Source of the DNA: Eledone cirrhosa
Taxonomy: Eukaryota
DNA: 64,000 nt
Reading direction: 5' to 3'
Assembly: GCA_964016885.1 (NCBI GenBank)
Contig: OZ024742.1
Span: forward strand, 302,870,001-302,934,000
Shown: one piece after another, positions 10,498 to 23,700 of the stretch
Numbering within the stretch: position 1 is the stretch's first letter
Layout: each line of letters starts with the position of its first letter
Program-made: the position numbers and the translations under genes
The notes under the pieces: model-generated
Told to the model about the DNA's origin: nothing
Database searches by the model: none
The model's input: only the letters and a program-made list of their open reading frames with translations

Positions 10498-13034
10498 TCT
10501 TTGAGTCTCAGTCATTGATGTTATTTAACTGGAAAGTTTGTTGAAATGAATATTAAGCCGCTACCTGCAGCCTCAGATATTCAGGGTGTATCGGAGGGTT
10601 CTTGCTGTTCCCAGCATGCCTTTTGAAGTGTTCCAAAAAGCGGGACTGGACTAACCTTCTTTAACCATCCTTGGAAACTCTTTGAGATAGTACCTAATGC
10701 GTCTATGACAATCAGGACGACCTTGACTTCATGCCAGTTTTTACCTCCCACTTTAAGTCCTGGTATCGGTTAATTTTCTCCCTCTCCTTTTCTTGCACTC
10801 TCGTGTCAAATGGACAGGCTACATCTACAATCAGGCACGATCTTTTTTTCTTGTTCAAAACCACCAGGTGAAGCCTATTGTGTTCTAATTTCTTGTCCGT
10901 CTGTATCCTAAAGTCCCATAGCACCTTCACCTGATCGTTTTCTATCACCGACTCTGGCTTATGCTCATACCACTTCTCAGAATGTGGTAAATTGTTTACT
11001 TTGCATAGGTGCCAATGGATCACCCTGCCTATCACATCATGTCTTTATGGTGAGTCTGGGCTAGCTGTTTACACTCGGATACAATGTGAGCCACAGTCTC
11101 CTCTCTCTCTCCACAGATCCTACACAGTCGGCTAGCCTCCTCCTTGTAAATATGGTGTTTCATCCACTTCGTTCTGAGGGTCTGCTCTTGCGCAGCCATT
11201 AACATTCCTTCTGTAGCCTTTTTAAGGTCTCCTCTTTTTAACCAGTTACATGTCTGTGGATCTCTAAATTCAGTTTTCTTAAAGAAGGTATTATGAAGGG
11301 ATTTTTCATGAAGGTTGTTCTTCCTCCTTGTTATTATTTCCTCCTTGGACATCCATCCCCTGGTCTATTGTATTCTCCTTCAGTACAATTTTAAGCATTG
11401 GCTCCCTACTGTCAGTCACGTATTTGTGCAGGTTGTTTTTCTCCATCTGAACACAGTCCTCTATGCTGATAATACCTCTTCCACCTTCAGATCTCCCTAA
11501 GTAGAGTCTATCGACATCACCCCTCTTGTGGAACATGTTGTAGATAGTCAATAGCTTCCTAGTCTTCCTATCCATTTCTTTTTGTTCAGCAACATTCCAT
11601 TTCCGAATTCCCGCACTGTACCTAATAACAGCTCGGGAATTCACTGCACTTATGACATTCCTACTATTTAGATGTGATTTTAATACGCTCCTTACTCTCC
11701 TAATGTACTCAGATCTTATCAATTCCTTCATTTTTTTTGTTCTTGATGTCATCAGCCTCCAGAACACCTAAATATTTGTATCCTTCTTCAGTGTCAATTT
11801 CCTTTATCATCTCACCTGCTGGTACCTGGATTCCGTTGCTTCTGCTCAATTTACTCCCCCTCATCACTAGGACTCCACACTTATTAACACCAAATTCCAT
11901 ACATATATCAATGCTGAAAATACGGAGAGTGTCAACAAGTACATCCAACTCCTCACTCTCCCCAAAGAGTTTAAGATAATCCATGAAGAGGAGAGGCTGA
12001 CGGTAAGCTCTCCTCTTCCCAGCTTGTATCCTGCTCTCACTTTTTGCAATATGACGGACAAGGGTATGACAAACAACAAAGGGGTGAAACTATCACCCTG
12101 GAATATAACTCTCTTGATCTTCAAGACTCCCAAGGATTCTCAACCTGATGTTAGCTCTGTTTCCCAGGACTTCATACTTTTCACTTAATAGCTGCCTGAT
12201 GTTGTCTGCCACCTTGAAGATCTCTATGCTTTTGGTTATCCAAGAATGAGGTACCATGTCAAATGCCTTTTTGTAATGTATCAGTCCCATGGCAAGACCA
12301 GTATGCCTCTTTTTGCAATTCCTCATTACCATCTTATCAATAAGTAACTGATCTTTTGTACCACGGGACTTCTTTCGGCATCCTTTCTGTTCGTCCGTTA
12401 ACAAGTTGTTTATGTGGAGGTGATAGTAAATTTCCCCAGACACAATGCTTGTTAACAGTTTCCACATTACGGACAGACATGTGATAGGCCTATAGTTGGT
12501 AACCTCATTACTCTTGATTCGGTATTTCATTACCAGAACTGTAGTATCTTTTTCAACCACTCTGGTACTTCACCCGACATCAAGCAGTCATTGAACATGG
12601 CTGTCAGTTTTGGGTGGAGGGATGTTATATTTTTTTTATTCAATATGCTTGCACACCATCTGGGCCTGGTGATTTTCAGCTGATTAGTTTTTTGGCCTGC
12701 CCTTTAAGAGTTTCAACTGTGATACTCAGATCAGGTTCTTGGTGTGCTTGTTCACTAATCTCCTTTTGAACTCTCTCAATCCACACTGCCTGACTATTAT
12801 GTTCGACATCCTGCTACCCTATTCCTCTCCAGAATGTTTTAGTCTGTTCAGCCTCAGGGATCACGTGGTTACCTCTTTCTTTCCCTTCAAGATGTTCAAA
12901 CAACATCTACTGGTTGTTGTCAAACATGCGGTTCTGTCTATACTGACTGACTCTATTCTCATACCGTTTAATTTTTGCACTTTTTGCTGCAGTTTCTCTA
13001 TGATAACATTTAGCTCTTTTCCCCTAGTTTTGTA

Positions 13035-13036
<2 letters not shown>
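10498..13036 (-). mobile_element. R4/Dong-like RLE non-LTR retrotransposon, 5'-truncated, decayed, in (TAA)n
   Basis: [78 protein letters not shown]; (TTA)n on both sides. Confidence 0.88.
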
Positions 13037-13071
<35 letters not shown>

Positions 13072-13286
13072 GAATGCTATGGTTGACGGAGGCTCGGCTC
13101 TGTAAGGTATTGTAAATTTTGACCGCTATAACAATTGTAAATTGTTTAAAACTTTAACCAACTTGTAGACAAACACACCCTCCTCCTCGTGAGAGGGGTC
13201 TTTCTGCCCGTTATTTGGCCCTTCGGGGTTATATAACCGCCTATTGGAGGTTTGTGCCCAATATTTATTTTAAACAAAAAAACAAC

Positions 13287-15391
13287 ATGGCTACAAAAAA
13301 GAATTTTCATAGGTCACTCCCACTCATTCCGTCTTCTTCTTCCTCAATCGTCACTACAGCAGAGAGAAGATTGTCTCTCTCCCTCCCTTCTCTAAATATG
13401 TCTCTCTCCCTCCCTTCTCTTTCGCAAGCGACGCCAGAAAAGAAAAATCACGTGCAAAGCGAGCAAGATTTCTCCACGACGACAACGACGAAAAAGGTGT
13501 GCGGGAAATACGAAAACCCATTTCATTCGTCTGACGTCAGAAATAATAGCAGTAGCAGCCGTAATAACTGCAGCAACAGTGACAAGGAAAACAACAGTAG
13601 CAGCCGCAACAGCATCAGCAGCAGCATAAACAACAACAGCATTAGCAGCAGCAGCAGCAGCAACAACAACCACAGCAACAGCGGCGGCGGCAGTAGTCGT
13701 AGTACCTGCAGCAACAACAAAAGTAACAGCAGCTCTGACGACAACAACAACAACAACAACAGCAGCAAAGAAAAACCAATCTCGTTTGCAGGTATCGCAA
13801 AGAACCTGGAAACCATCCTCATAACAAATGAGGAATTAGAGGAAGCGAAGAAGATGGTGTCAAAAACTGGACACCGAGCCATCTGCAAGGCAGCGGAAAA
13901 TTTTTTCGAAAGCCAACAGCACTGTACGGTCACGTACCGTACAGTAAGTACAAAATCCCGTAGGGTTGAAAGAGCCACAGAGGCTCAAATACAAAAAGCC
14001 TTGGGATCTGTGTGGCAGCGGAAAACGCACATCACTCGAGGCAAAAAATATGCCACCGTAGACGTACTTTTTGCCACACCCAGGAGGCAAAGGCTCAATC
14101 CTTAGTGACCCTAAGGAGCGAGGAAATGGTGTTGGTGCACTCCTACTGCGGGCAAAAAATTGTGAGGGTCAAACTGACCCACGTCCCCCCCGGGATGGCC
14201 CCTTCTTGGCTGGCCGCGTCTGTCCTCGTCGGAATCGAGGACAAAACAACAGTACTGCAAGTACAGAAAAAAGTAAGAGAAGATTGGGTCGGCACCTCCA
14301 TTGAGATGTTAATCCAAACCAACCAGGAGTGTATCGAAGCTATCCCGGATGTGATAGACTTCGATAACGGCACTCAACTGCCCATAAGTGTTGAGGGCAA
14401 ACGCCCGAAATGCTTTCGCTGTGGATCGAAGACTCACCTCAGGGCCTTCTGCAACGAGAAGACCCTGAGAAAGGAGAAAACCCCCCTCCTTCCGAATCCG
14501 GCTCCACAGCTACCAGCAACAGGACAAGCGGCAACCAGGAACGATAGGTCCGTGGCACCCATACCCACTCCACGGAAATCAAAAACAGCAGCAGCAGTGG
14601 AAATATTAACAACAACAACAGCAATACCAAATGCAGCTGCAACAGAGACTCCAGTGCAAACATCACCAACAACAACAAGTGAAAGAGTGGAGCTGGTACC
14701 CCTCCCCGACCTCACAGAATCAGACATGGAGTGTGAGGTGGGAGAGGGATGGCAAAAGGTCGTAAGAAGGCACAAACGCAGAAGCAGCGCATCGTCGCCT
14801 TTGAAAAGGGAGGAAAGAAATGAGAAAAGGGTAAAGTCTACTGCAAAGAGACCCACAGCAGCAACACCACCAACACCATCACCACCCACACTAGCACCAC
14901 CATCACCACCGGCGACAACCCCACCGCCAACAACACCTTCAACACCACCACCACAAGCACCAACATCGCAAACACAACAACAAAACACACACACCCAGCA
15001 ACAACGACAAGAAAATAGCAGAACCACACCCCACCCCCAGAAAAACAAATGCACGGCAATAAATACACACAACAAGAAACTAATGACTTACATAATTGAA
15101 CACACAGACATTTCACAACAGGACTACATAATACCAGCACCAATCAAAACGCCAACTAACATAAGACTGCTAAAAATAGCACAGAAACAATACACAAACA
15201 TTAAAACGAAATTCCCCAACGCAGTTGGTGATTTCAGGGACCTAGGAGGTACCATCAATCGAAGAGTATATTCAGACATTCTCTTAGAAGAGCCGACGAC
15301 CAGCCGAAGGGACGATTCAACGGTCCCTTCACCAGACGATCAAGTGAAAAGGGATGTAAAAACCATCCCTCCTCTACCAAAAGTACGGTAA
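13287..15391 (+). pseudogene. LINE ORF1 (gag-like, zinc knuckle), one frameshift near 14070-14100
   Basis: ATG at 13287; Asn/Ser-rich tract, ISFAGIAK; continues in ORF 14012-15391 with CFRCGSKTHLRAFC, WQKVVRR and a Pro/Thr-rich region. Confidence 0.82.
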
Positions 15392-15426
15392 GTGGTCTTT
15401 CCCATCTTTTCCACTCTATTTTAAAC

Positions 15427-18400
15427 ATGACCTCACTCAGAATAGGCAGCATAAATGCGCGTGGCTTGGGGTCGTCATGGAAGCAGGGTCACCTGCTCAA
15501 CGACCTCAGGTCACTAAACATAGATGTAGTGGCCATCAGCGAGACCAGAATCTCCGAAGCACGGGCCTTTGCACCGATCTTCGGCGGCTACGATGTGTAC
15601 GCATCTCCCAGCCGTCCTGGATCGGGTGGAGGAGTTGCTGTGCTTTTTCGGAGAGGTTTGGATCTCGCCATACGGGCCATCTTCCTGGACCCAGAGGGTA
15701 AGCTGGTGGTGCTGGACGTGACCAGCGGAGACGGGCAAGCTTTCAGGCTAGTGGCCGTCTATGCCCCGACAGGAGCAGGGCGGCCTGATTTCTTCCGGCG
15801 TCTGGAGACCTTTCTTGGAACGTCCCGCTCTTTAGTGTTAGTGGGCGACTGGAACGGGATCGTAGATGCACGCTGGGACTGTGTGGGATTAGCGGATAGG
15901 GGTGGAGGGTGCAAGAGCCTCACCAACCTGCTCAGGCGTTTTGAACTGTCTGACAGGTACCGATTGGATTTCCCGAATGTGCCAATGTGGACTTGGACAA
16001 ACCGCATAGGGTCATCCAGATCATATCTAGATAGATATAGATATAGATAGATATATATATATAGATATAGATATAGATAGATATATAGAGTATTTTGTAG
16101 GGAAATAGATAGGTCTAGCATAGGCTGTCCACAATTCAAGATAGTCAGCTACACGGACCACAAATTCGTGATCTGTGTGCTTGACTTAGATAGGCTTCAT
16201 AGACGAGGACCCGGCTACTGGAAGCTAAACGCGTCCTTACCAGCGCGCAAGGCCTACAGAGACCGGATTAGCGAACTAGTTAAGCGGGCGTTGACAGGGG
16301 CCATCGTCAACAACAAGTGGTGGTTTGCTCTGAAAAGAGCGATTAGAATAGAATCGATTAGGTTTAGTAAGGCTTTAGCAATAGAGAAAAATAGAGCAGA
16401 GGGAGAACTAGTTAGAAAATTAGACGAGGCGCTTAGCAAAGGCATTGCGACCGACGTGCTTGCGGCGAAATTGGCCCTTGGCCAATTCTTCAATGCAAAG
16501 CACGAAGGCTGCGTTGTCAGAGCTAGGGTGCGTGCTCTCAGACACGAGGGGACGAAAGCCGTTCAATGGGCCCGAGTGGCGGAGGCGCGTCGTGGCAACA
16601 AAGCCACGATCCGGTCTTTGGTGGACCACGACGGGCGCATGCTACTCGATCCCGGGCAAATGTGTGAAGCTTTTCAGCGACACTTCGCTCAGCTGTTCGG
16701 GGGCAGCGGGGGGCCGGGTAGAGGGATGGACTTTAGTGTCTACCTCGACGGACTGCCGCGGCTCTCGGCCACTGAGGCGAAGTGTTGCGAAAAGCCGATA
16801 ACAGCCGCTGAAGTAAGGGAGGCAATGACTGGCTGCACAAGGGGTAAATCGCCTGGTTTGGATGGTCTGCCCTATGAACTTTACGTACAGATGCCAGACT
16901 TGTTCGGAGGCCTCTTGGCGGACGTCTACTGCAACTGGCAACAGAACGGGAGAATTCCCAGTTCTGTGAGCCGAGGAGCGGTGGCACTGCTGAGAAAGGA
17001 TCCGAACAAGGGGGATAACATAGACAATTTCCGGCCCATAACTCTGCTAAACACAGAGTTTAAGATTTTGGCCAAGGTGCTAGCAAAGAGGTTGGCGCTT
17101 GTCGTTGGTGGTCTGGTGGGAGAGGCGCAGACATGCGCCATTCCCGACAGATCCATCCACGACAACCTCCACCTCATGCGATACATCGTAGAGAGGGTAG
17201 CTAGGGAACCTGGCACGGGTGGGTCCTTGATCAATTTAGATCAGTCGAAAGCTTTCGATAGGGTCGACCATCGTTACCTAACGGCAGTCCTGAGGGCGGC
17301 TGGCTTTGGGCCCGTCTTCAGAGGCTGGATCGCTGCCATGCACAGCGACATCTGCTCTGTGGTGAGAGTGAACGGTCACCTGTCGGAACCGTTCAACATC
17401 ATGCGCTCGGTCCGCCAAGGATGTCCCCTCTCGTCCCTCTTGTACGTATTGACTCTCGAGCCATTACTGCACAAACTGGAGACGTTGAGGGGAGTCCCGC
17501 GCGAACTAGGATGCGGAAGATCCGTGTCAGCATATGCGGACGATGTCACCGTAGTGGTGTCGAACGCCAAACACATCGAGGCGATCGGCACTACACTAAG
17601 AGAATACGAAGCGGTGACAGGAGCAATGATCAACCAGGAAAAGTCAGTGGGCCTGCAGCTCGGCACCTGGAGAGGCAGGTCCATGCCGTCCAACAGCGTC
17701 GTCGGGCGCTGGACGGACGGACCGGTTAAATTGCTAGGGGTCTGGTTCGGTCCGGACCTCCAGACGGACAAAAACTGGGACGAGGTGACGAGCAGGGTGG
17801 CTTCTCTCACCCAGAAATGGGCGGAGAGGAAGCTATCCCTGAAAGGTCGAGCGGAGGTGGCTAACGCGTACATCGCGTCTGTCATCTGCTACCGCCTAAC
17901 CGTCGTACCTTGTCCTAAGCCTCGCCTGACTGCGCTGGAGCGTTTGCTCTTTCGCTTTTTGTGGAAGGGACGTGCTCCGATGGTCAGGCGGTCCATCTGT
18001 TGTCAACACCCGCTACGTGGAGGGCTGGGCATGCCGTGGCTGATGATGCGCAGGCACGCGCTCAGGCTACGACATCTCCACCTCTTCCTCGACGGTGATC
18101 AGGTGTGGTCGCCGTTTGCTAGACGCGTTTTTCCCCAGCTCGTTTCCTTGACGGAGCTGCAGTCCTGGGTCAAGCGAAGACCGAGAGGGAGCGCCTGGAG
18201 ACTGGAATGTCTTCAGGCGCTCACAGCCCTCGACCAATCGGGCAATGTGATCGGTGGAAACTCCACCTCGGCGTTCTATAGAGGATTAGTGGAGGGGAAG
18301 AGCGACGACGTACTTGGGGAAACTCTAGGCGTCGACGAAAATCAACTAGCCAATCTCTTCGGAAGAACTTTCGGGCCAGGGCCTATGGACAACTTCCAGA

Positions 18401-18900
18401 AATCTCTGGCCTGGCAGTGCTACCGAGGAGCCTTGCCAGTTCGGGATAAACTCTACAGGCATGGAGGTGCCGTCAGCCGGGCATGTCCGAGATGCGCGCA
18501 GAGCGACGAAACCGTCCTGCACGCACTCGTCCAGTGTCCGAAAATTGCTGACTTGTGGGTTTATGTCGAACACCTGCTGTCGCGTTTAGGACGGATCCAG
18601 CTATCATCTGAGTCTATCGTGAGGATTGCCCCGCCCTCCTCCTTTAGCCGGGAAGGGCAGGCAGTTTTTATCTGTCTGGTGGCCATGGCGAAAGAGATAG
18701 TATGGTGGACACGTTTGAAAGGGCTGAAGACGAGCACTTACCTCTTCGGTGATGCTCTGATTGACTTTTTCAAATTTCATTTGAAAAGGAAAATCAGAGT
18801 AGAGAAGGAAGTGCTCTCTTCCCAGCATTTTGTTGAAAGATGGGTGAGAGAAGCAAGAATGGCCCGAGTGAATGGGCCGACTCTGAGTATATATCTGTAA
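15427..18900 (+). pseudogene. LINE ORF2: AP-endonuclease + RT + zf-RVT, broken by a 54-nt microsatellite insertion
   Basis: GSINARGL, SETR, VYAP, VGDWN, SYLDR, TDHK, PGYWKLN, KSPGLDGLP, NFRPITLLN, DQSKAFDRVDH, VRQGCPLS, AYADD, CPRCAQSDETVLHALVQC; ORFs 15427-16050 and 16168-18900 are in the same frame. Confidence 0.93.
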
Positions 18901-19026
18901 ACTAAAGGTGGAAAACTGGGAGAGGGCACTTGCCTTGGTGGTCAGGGTCATTGTGGCTTTTTACTGGGCTTTCTCCACAAATGTCCCTCCGAAGTCTCCC
19001 CCCTATTGGGGAATTTTTCATTGTTA

Positions 19027-19310
19027 TTTTCATTGTTATTTTTGTTACATCCTCTGTTTTTGTTTTTTTACACGCAGAAATGCCCATTTGTACCGTCCTG
19101 CATTGTCCTGCACTGTCCTTAATGTCTACTTTATGTAAACCCTTGTGGTTAATAAAGAAATCATTGTTATTTTCATTGTTATTTTTGTTACATCCTCTGT
19201 TTTTGTTTTTTACACGCAGAAATGCCCATTTGTACCGTCCTGCATTGTCCTGCACTGTCCTTAATGTCTACTTTATGTAAACCCTTGTGGTTAATAAAGA
19301 AATCATTATT
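19027..19310 (+). repeat. ~140-bp tandem duplication of the LINE 3' UTR terminus
   Basis: 19027-19169 and 19170-19310 are near-identical; each ends AATAAAGAAATCATT. Confidence 0.9.
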
Positions 19311-19314
19311 ATTA

Positions 19315-19363
<49 letters not shown>

Positions 19364-19364
<1 letters not shown>

Positions 19365-22081
19365 GTTCTTTGACTCTCAGTCATTGATGTTAGTTAACTG
19401 AAAAGTTTGTTGAAATGAATATCAAGCCACTACCTGCAGCCTCAGATATTCAGGACGTATCGGAGGGTTCTTGCTGTTCCCAGCAAGCATACCTTTTGAA
19501 GTGTTCCAAAAAGCGGGGCGGGGCCAATCTTCTTTAACCATCCCTGGAAACCTTTTGAGATAGTACCTAGTGCGCCTATGACAATCGGGGCCACTTTGAC
19601 TTCATGGCAGTTCCAAATCCTTTTTACCTCCCACTTTAAGTCCTGGTATCGGTTAATTTTCTCCCTCTCCTCTCTTGCACTCTCGTGTCAAATGGGCAGG
19701 CCACATCCACAACCAGACACGATCTTTTTTCCTTGTCCAAAACCACCAGGTCAGGTCTATTGTGTTCCAGTTTCTTGTCCGTCTGTATACTAAAATCCCA
19801 CAGCACCTTCACCTGATCGTTTTCTATCACCGACTCTGGCTTATGCTCATACCACTTCTCAGAATGTGGTAAATTGTTTACTTTGCATAGGTGCCAGTAG
19901 ATCACCCTGCCCATCACATCATGTCTCCAGCCTTTATAGTGAGTCTGGGTTAGGTGTTTACATTCGGATACAACGTGAGCCACATTCTCCTCTCTCTCAC
20001 CACAGATCCTGCACAGTGGGCTAGCCTCCTCCTTGTAAATATGGTTTCATCCACTTCGTTTTGAGGGCCTGCTCTTGCGCAGCCATTAGCATTCCTTCTG
20101 TAGCCTTTTTAAGGTCTCCTCTTTTCAACCAGTTCCATGTCTGTGGATCTCTGAATTCAGTTTTCTCAAAGAAGGTATTATGAAGGGATTTTTCATGAAG
20201 GCTTCTCTTTCTCCTTGTTGTTATTTCCTCATTGAAATGCCCTGGTCTATTTTCCCCTCCTTCAGTACAGTTCTGAGCATTGGATCCTTACTATCAGTCA
20301 CGCATTTGTGTAGGTTGTTTTTCTCCATCTGAACACAGTCCTCTATGCTGATAAGACCTCTTCCACCTTCAGATCTCCTTAAGTAGAGTCTATCGACACC
20401 ACTCCTCTTGTGGAACATGTTGTAGATCGGCAATAGCTTCCTAGTCTTCCTATCCATTTCTTTTTGTTTAGCAACATTCCATCTCAGAATTCCCGCACTG
20501 TACCTAATAATAGACACAGCTCGGGAATTTACTGCACTTATGGCATTCCTACTGTTTAGATGTGATTTTAATAGGCTCCTTATTCTCCGAATGTATTCAG
20601 ATCTTATCAATTCCTTCATTTTTTTGTTCTTGATGTCATCAGCCTCCAGAACACCCAAATACTTGTATCCTTCTTCAGTGTCAATTTCCTTTATCATCTC
20701 ACCTGTTGGTACCTGGATTCCGTTGCTTCTGCTCAATTTACCCCTCCTCATCACAAGGACTCCACACTTACTAATACCAAATTGCATACATATATCATTG
20801 CTGAAAATACGGACAGTGTCAACAAGCACATCCAACTCCTTTTCACTCTTTCCGAAGAGCTTAAGATCGTCCATGAAGAGGAGGTGTTTGATGGTAAGCT
20901 CTCCCTTTCCCAACTTGTATCCTGCTCTCACTTTTCGCAGTATAATGGTCAGGGGCATCAGGGCAAGGACAAACAACAGAGGGGACAGACTATCTCCCTG
21001 GAAGATACCTCTCTTGATCTTCACGCCTCCCAAGGATTCTCCAGCTGATGTTAACTCTGTTTTCCAGGACTTCAAACTTTTGCCCAACATCTGTCTGATC
21101 TTATCTGCCACCTTGAAGATCTCTAGGCTTTTGATGATCCATGTCAAATGCCTTTTTGTAGTCTATCTATCCAATGGCAAGACCAGTGTGTCTCCTCTTG
21201 CAATTCCTCATTGCCATCTTATCAATAAGTAACTGGTCCTTTGTACCACAGGACTTCTTTCAGCATCCTTTCTGTTCGTCCGGTAACAAGTTGTTTGTGT
21301 GGAGGTGATGGTAGATTTCCTCAGACACAATGCTTGTCAACAGTTTCCACATTACGGACAGACATGTGATAGGTCTATAGTTGGTAACATCATTACCCTT
21401 GATTCGGTCTTTCATTACCAGAACTGTGGTACCTTTTGTCAACCACTCTGGTACCTCATCTGACATCAAACAGTCATTGAACATGGTTGTCAGTTTCGGG
21501 TGGAGGTATGTTATATTTTTAATCCAATACCCCTGCACACCATCTGGGCCTGGTGATTTCCAGTTGGTTAGTTTTTTGGCCTGTCCCTTAAGAGTTTCAA
21601 CTGTGATACTCAAATCAGTTTGTTGGTGTGCCTGTTCACTAATTTCCTTTTGTACTGTCTCAATCCACACTGCCTGGTCATTATGTTTACCATCCTGATC
21701 CCATATTCCTCTCCAGAATGTCTTAGTTTGTTCCGCCTCAGGGATCATGTCTTCGCCTCTTTCTTTCCCTTCAAGCTGTCCAAACAACATCTTCTGGTTG
21801 TTGTCAAACATGCGGTTCTGTCTATACTGACTGACTCTGCTCTCGTATCGCCTACTTTTTGCACTCTTTGCTACAATGCGTTGCTTCAGTTCCTCTATGA
21901 TAATATTTAGCTTTTTCCTCCTAGTTTTGTACTTTATTTCCAGTCTATTTTTAGTGTCTATGTTTTTTAGTGTCCCATTCAGTAGGGACTCAAGCTTTCC
22001 AATGTCATTTCTCATTTCCCTGATTCAACCATTCAGTCGTTTCTTCCACCAAGGTTCTGATCTTTCTTGTTTGTTGTTTCC

Positions 22082-22082
<1 letters not shown>
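19364..22082 (-). mobile_element. R4/Dong-like RLE non-LTR retrotransposon, second copy, in (TAA)n
   Basis: ORFs 21260-22015, 20221-21147 (GIFQGDSLSPLLF, FMDDLKLF) and 19636-19983 (RHD, NRPD, VDVACPFD); 3' end matches the copy at 10498; (TTA)n flanks. Confidence 0.9.
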
Positions 22083-22135
<53 letters not shown>

Positions 22136-22323
22136 GGCTGTCAGTCAGTAAAGACGTATTTTTGGAGCTCCGCAAATGTAGGAAATTTTCTGTTTATTTT
22201 CATTTATAATAATCGTTGTATTCTCTGCGGGGATGACTGTGTAATATTTGGACCTTTTCGACCAAATATTTGAATTCTTTTGTATTTAAAAATAATTCTC
22301 GAAAAAAAAAAAACATGGCTGAG

Positions 22324-22358
<35 letters not shown>

Positions 22359-23452
22359 TGCAATTAATGTCTGCTGTCATGTGACAGTGACCTAAATGTT
22401 GAGATGAGGGAAGCGGCAAACACATTGATTTTTACTACAAATACATTTAGCAACACCACCACAAACAGTATAAACAGTTGCAGCAGCAGCACCAATAGTG
22501 AGAACAATAACCTTAAAAAAAAAGAACAACGATAATACCAACCACAGCAGTAACAGCGACAACCAAAAGACAGACAACAGAAATGATGACAACAAAAACA
22601 ACAACGAAATTAACACTACTAACCAGAACATAAACAGCGACAGCACCAACAGCGACAATACCAACTGCACCGAGAATAACAACAACGGCGGCACCAAAGA
22701 TATGACCAACCTCAGTGATAACAACAACAACACCAACAAGAACAATGACAACAACAACACCAACAACAACAACAAGAACACTTTCGCTGCGCCAGCAGCC
22801 AAGAAAAGGCCATGATTCAACATGGACTTGACAGACAAGGAGACAAAGTTGGCTCAGGCATGGAAGCTCATCAAACGGGAGGCCATAGAAGCGGTGGAGA
22901 AGAGAACACTGGTCTTCAGATGCATCTCAGGTTAGACGAAAAGAGCCACAAACTCTCCCCAAGCAAACGTCGAGGCTGCGCTGAGGTGCATCAGAGGAGA
23001 TACAGAGTACGTAGCGAGGGGTCGACAATACGGCACCATCTCGGTGCTGTTTAAGTCAGAGGCCCTCGCTTTGAAGCACTGGACGACCCCTTGCAAAACC
23101 AGCAAGGTTATTATGTACCCCTCCCACATGGGAAAAAGAACGATTAAAGTCCGCATACCCAGGATTCCACCTGGTCTAGATATGTGGTGGTTCTTGGGAT
23201 GCGTGATTGTGGAGGGGTCAGATGCCGTTCCAATAGAGGTAACTAGGACAGGAAGAAAATCCCGGAGCAGATCCGCCTCCAAAACGGCTCTACAAGTGAT
23301 GGCTGAGGGCAAATGCAAAAGGACGCACTGTTTCGGTTGCGGCGAGAAAGCACACTTGCGAGCCTTCAACCCTCAGCTGTTGAAAAATGCAAAGGGTCAA
23401 AAGTCTCTGCTGCTGCCGACGCTGTTTAAGGTACTGATCGAGTTCAAAGGTT
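22136..23452 (+). mobile_element. Tx1-like LINE 5' part (5' UTR + decayed ORF1)
   Basis: Asn-rich ORF 22498-22815 ending NTFAAPAAKK; YPSHMGKRTIKVRI and CFGCGEKAHLRAF homologous to ORF1 at 14012; poly(C) run at ~22324-22358. Confidence 0.75.
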
Positions 23453-23700
23453 GATATTTTGTGTGATTGCTAAACACATTGACTGTCTTCAATCGTCCTT
23501 CAAATTTGCTGCCATTTTTGGCAAAAAGTTTCAAGTCATTCACATAAAACAGGTGATTTGTGGTTTTGCAGACTATTTTATAGCAATATTTTGTTTTGTT
23601 GAGCGCTAAAGACAGCAGTGTGAGTGGAATGCAAAATATCAGCTCTACCCTATTAAATTTTCTGACACGCTTTATTTCATATTTCAAGGTTTGATATTAT
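23453..23700 (-). pseudogene. Decayed R4-like RT fragment
   Basis: TNHLFYVNDLKLFAKN resembles HLLFMDDLKLF. Confidence 0.55.

Larger units (their letters stand above)
13072..19310 (+). mobile_element. Tx1/L1-clade LINE, near full length (ORF1 + APE-RT ORF2), (ATT)n tail
   Basis: ORF1 with CCHC knuckle; ORF2 with APE, RT and zinc finger; 3' UTR with AATAAA followed by (ATT)n; flanked by (ATT)n. Confidence 0.93.
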
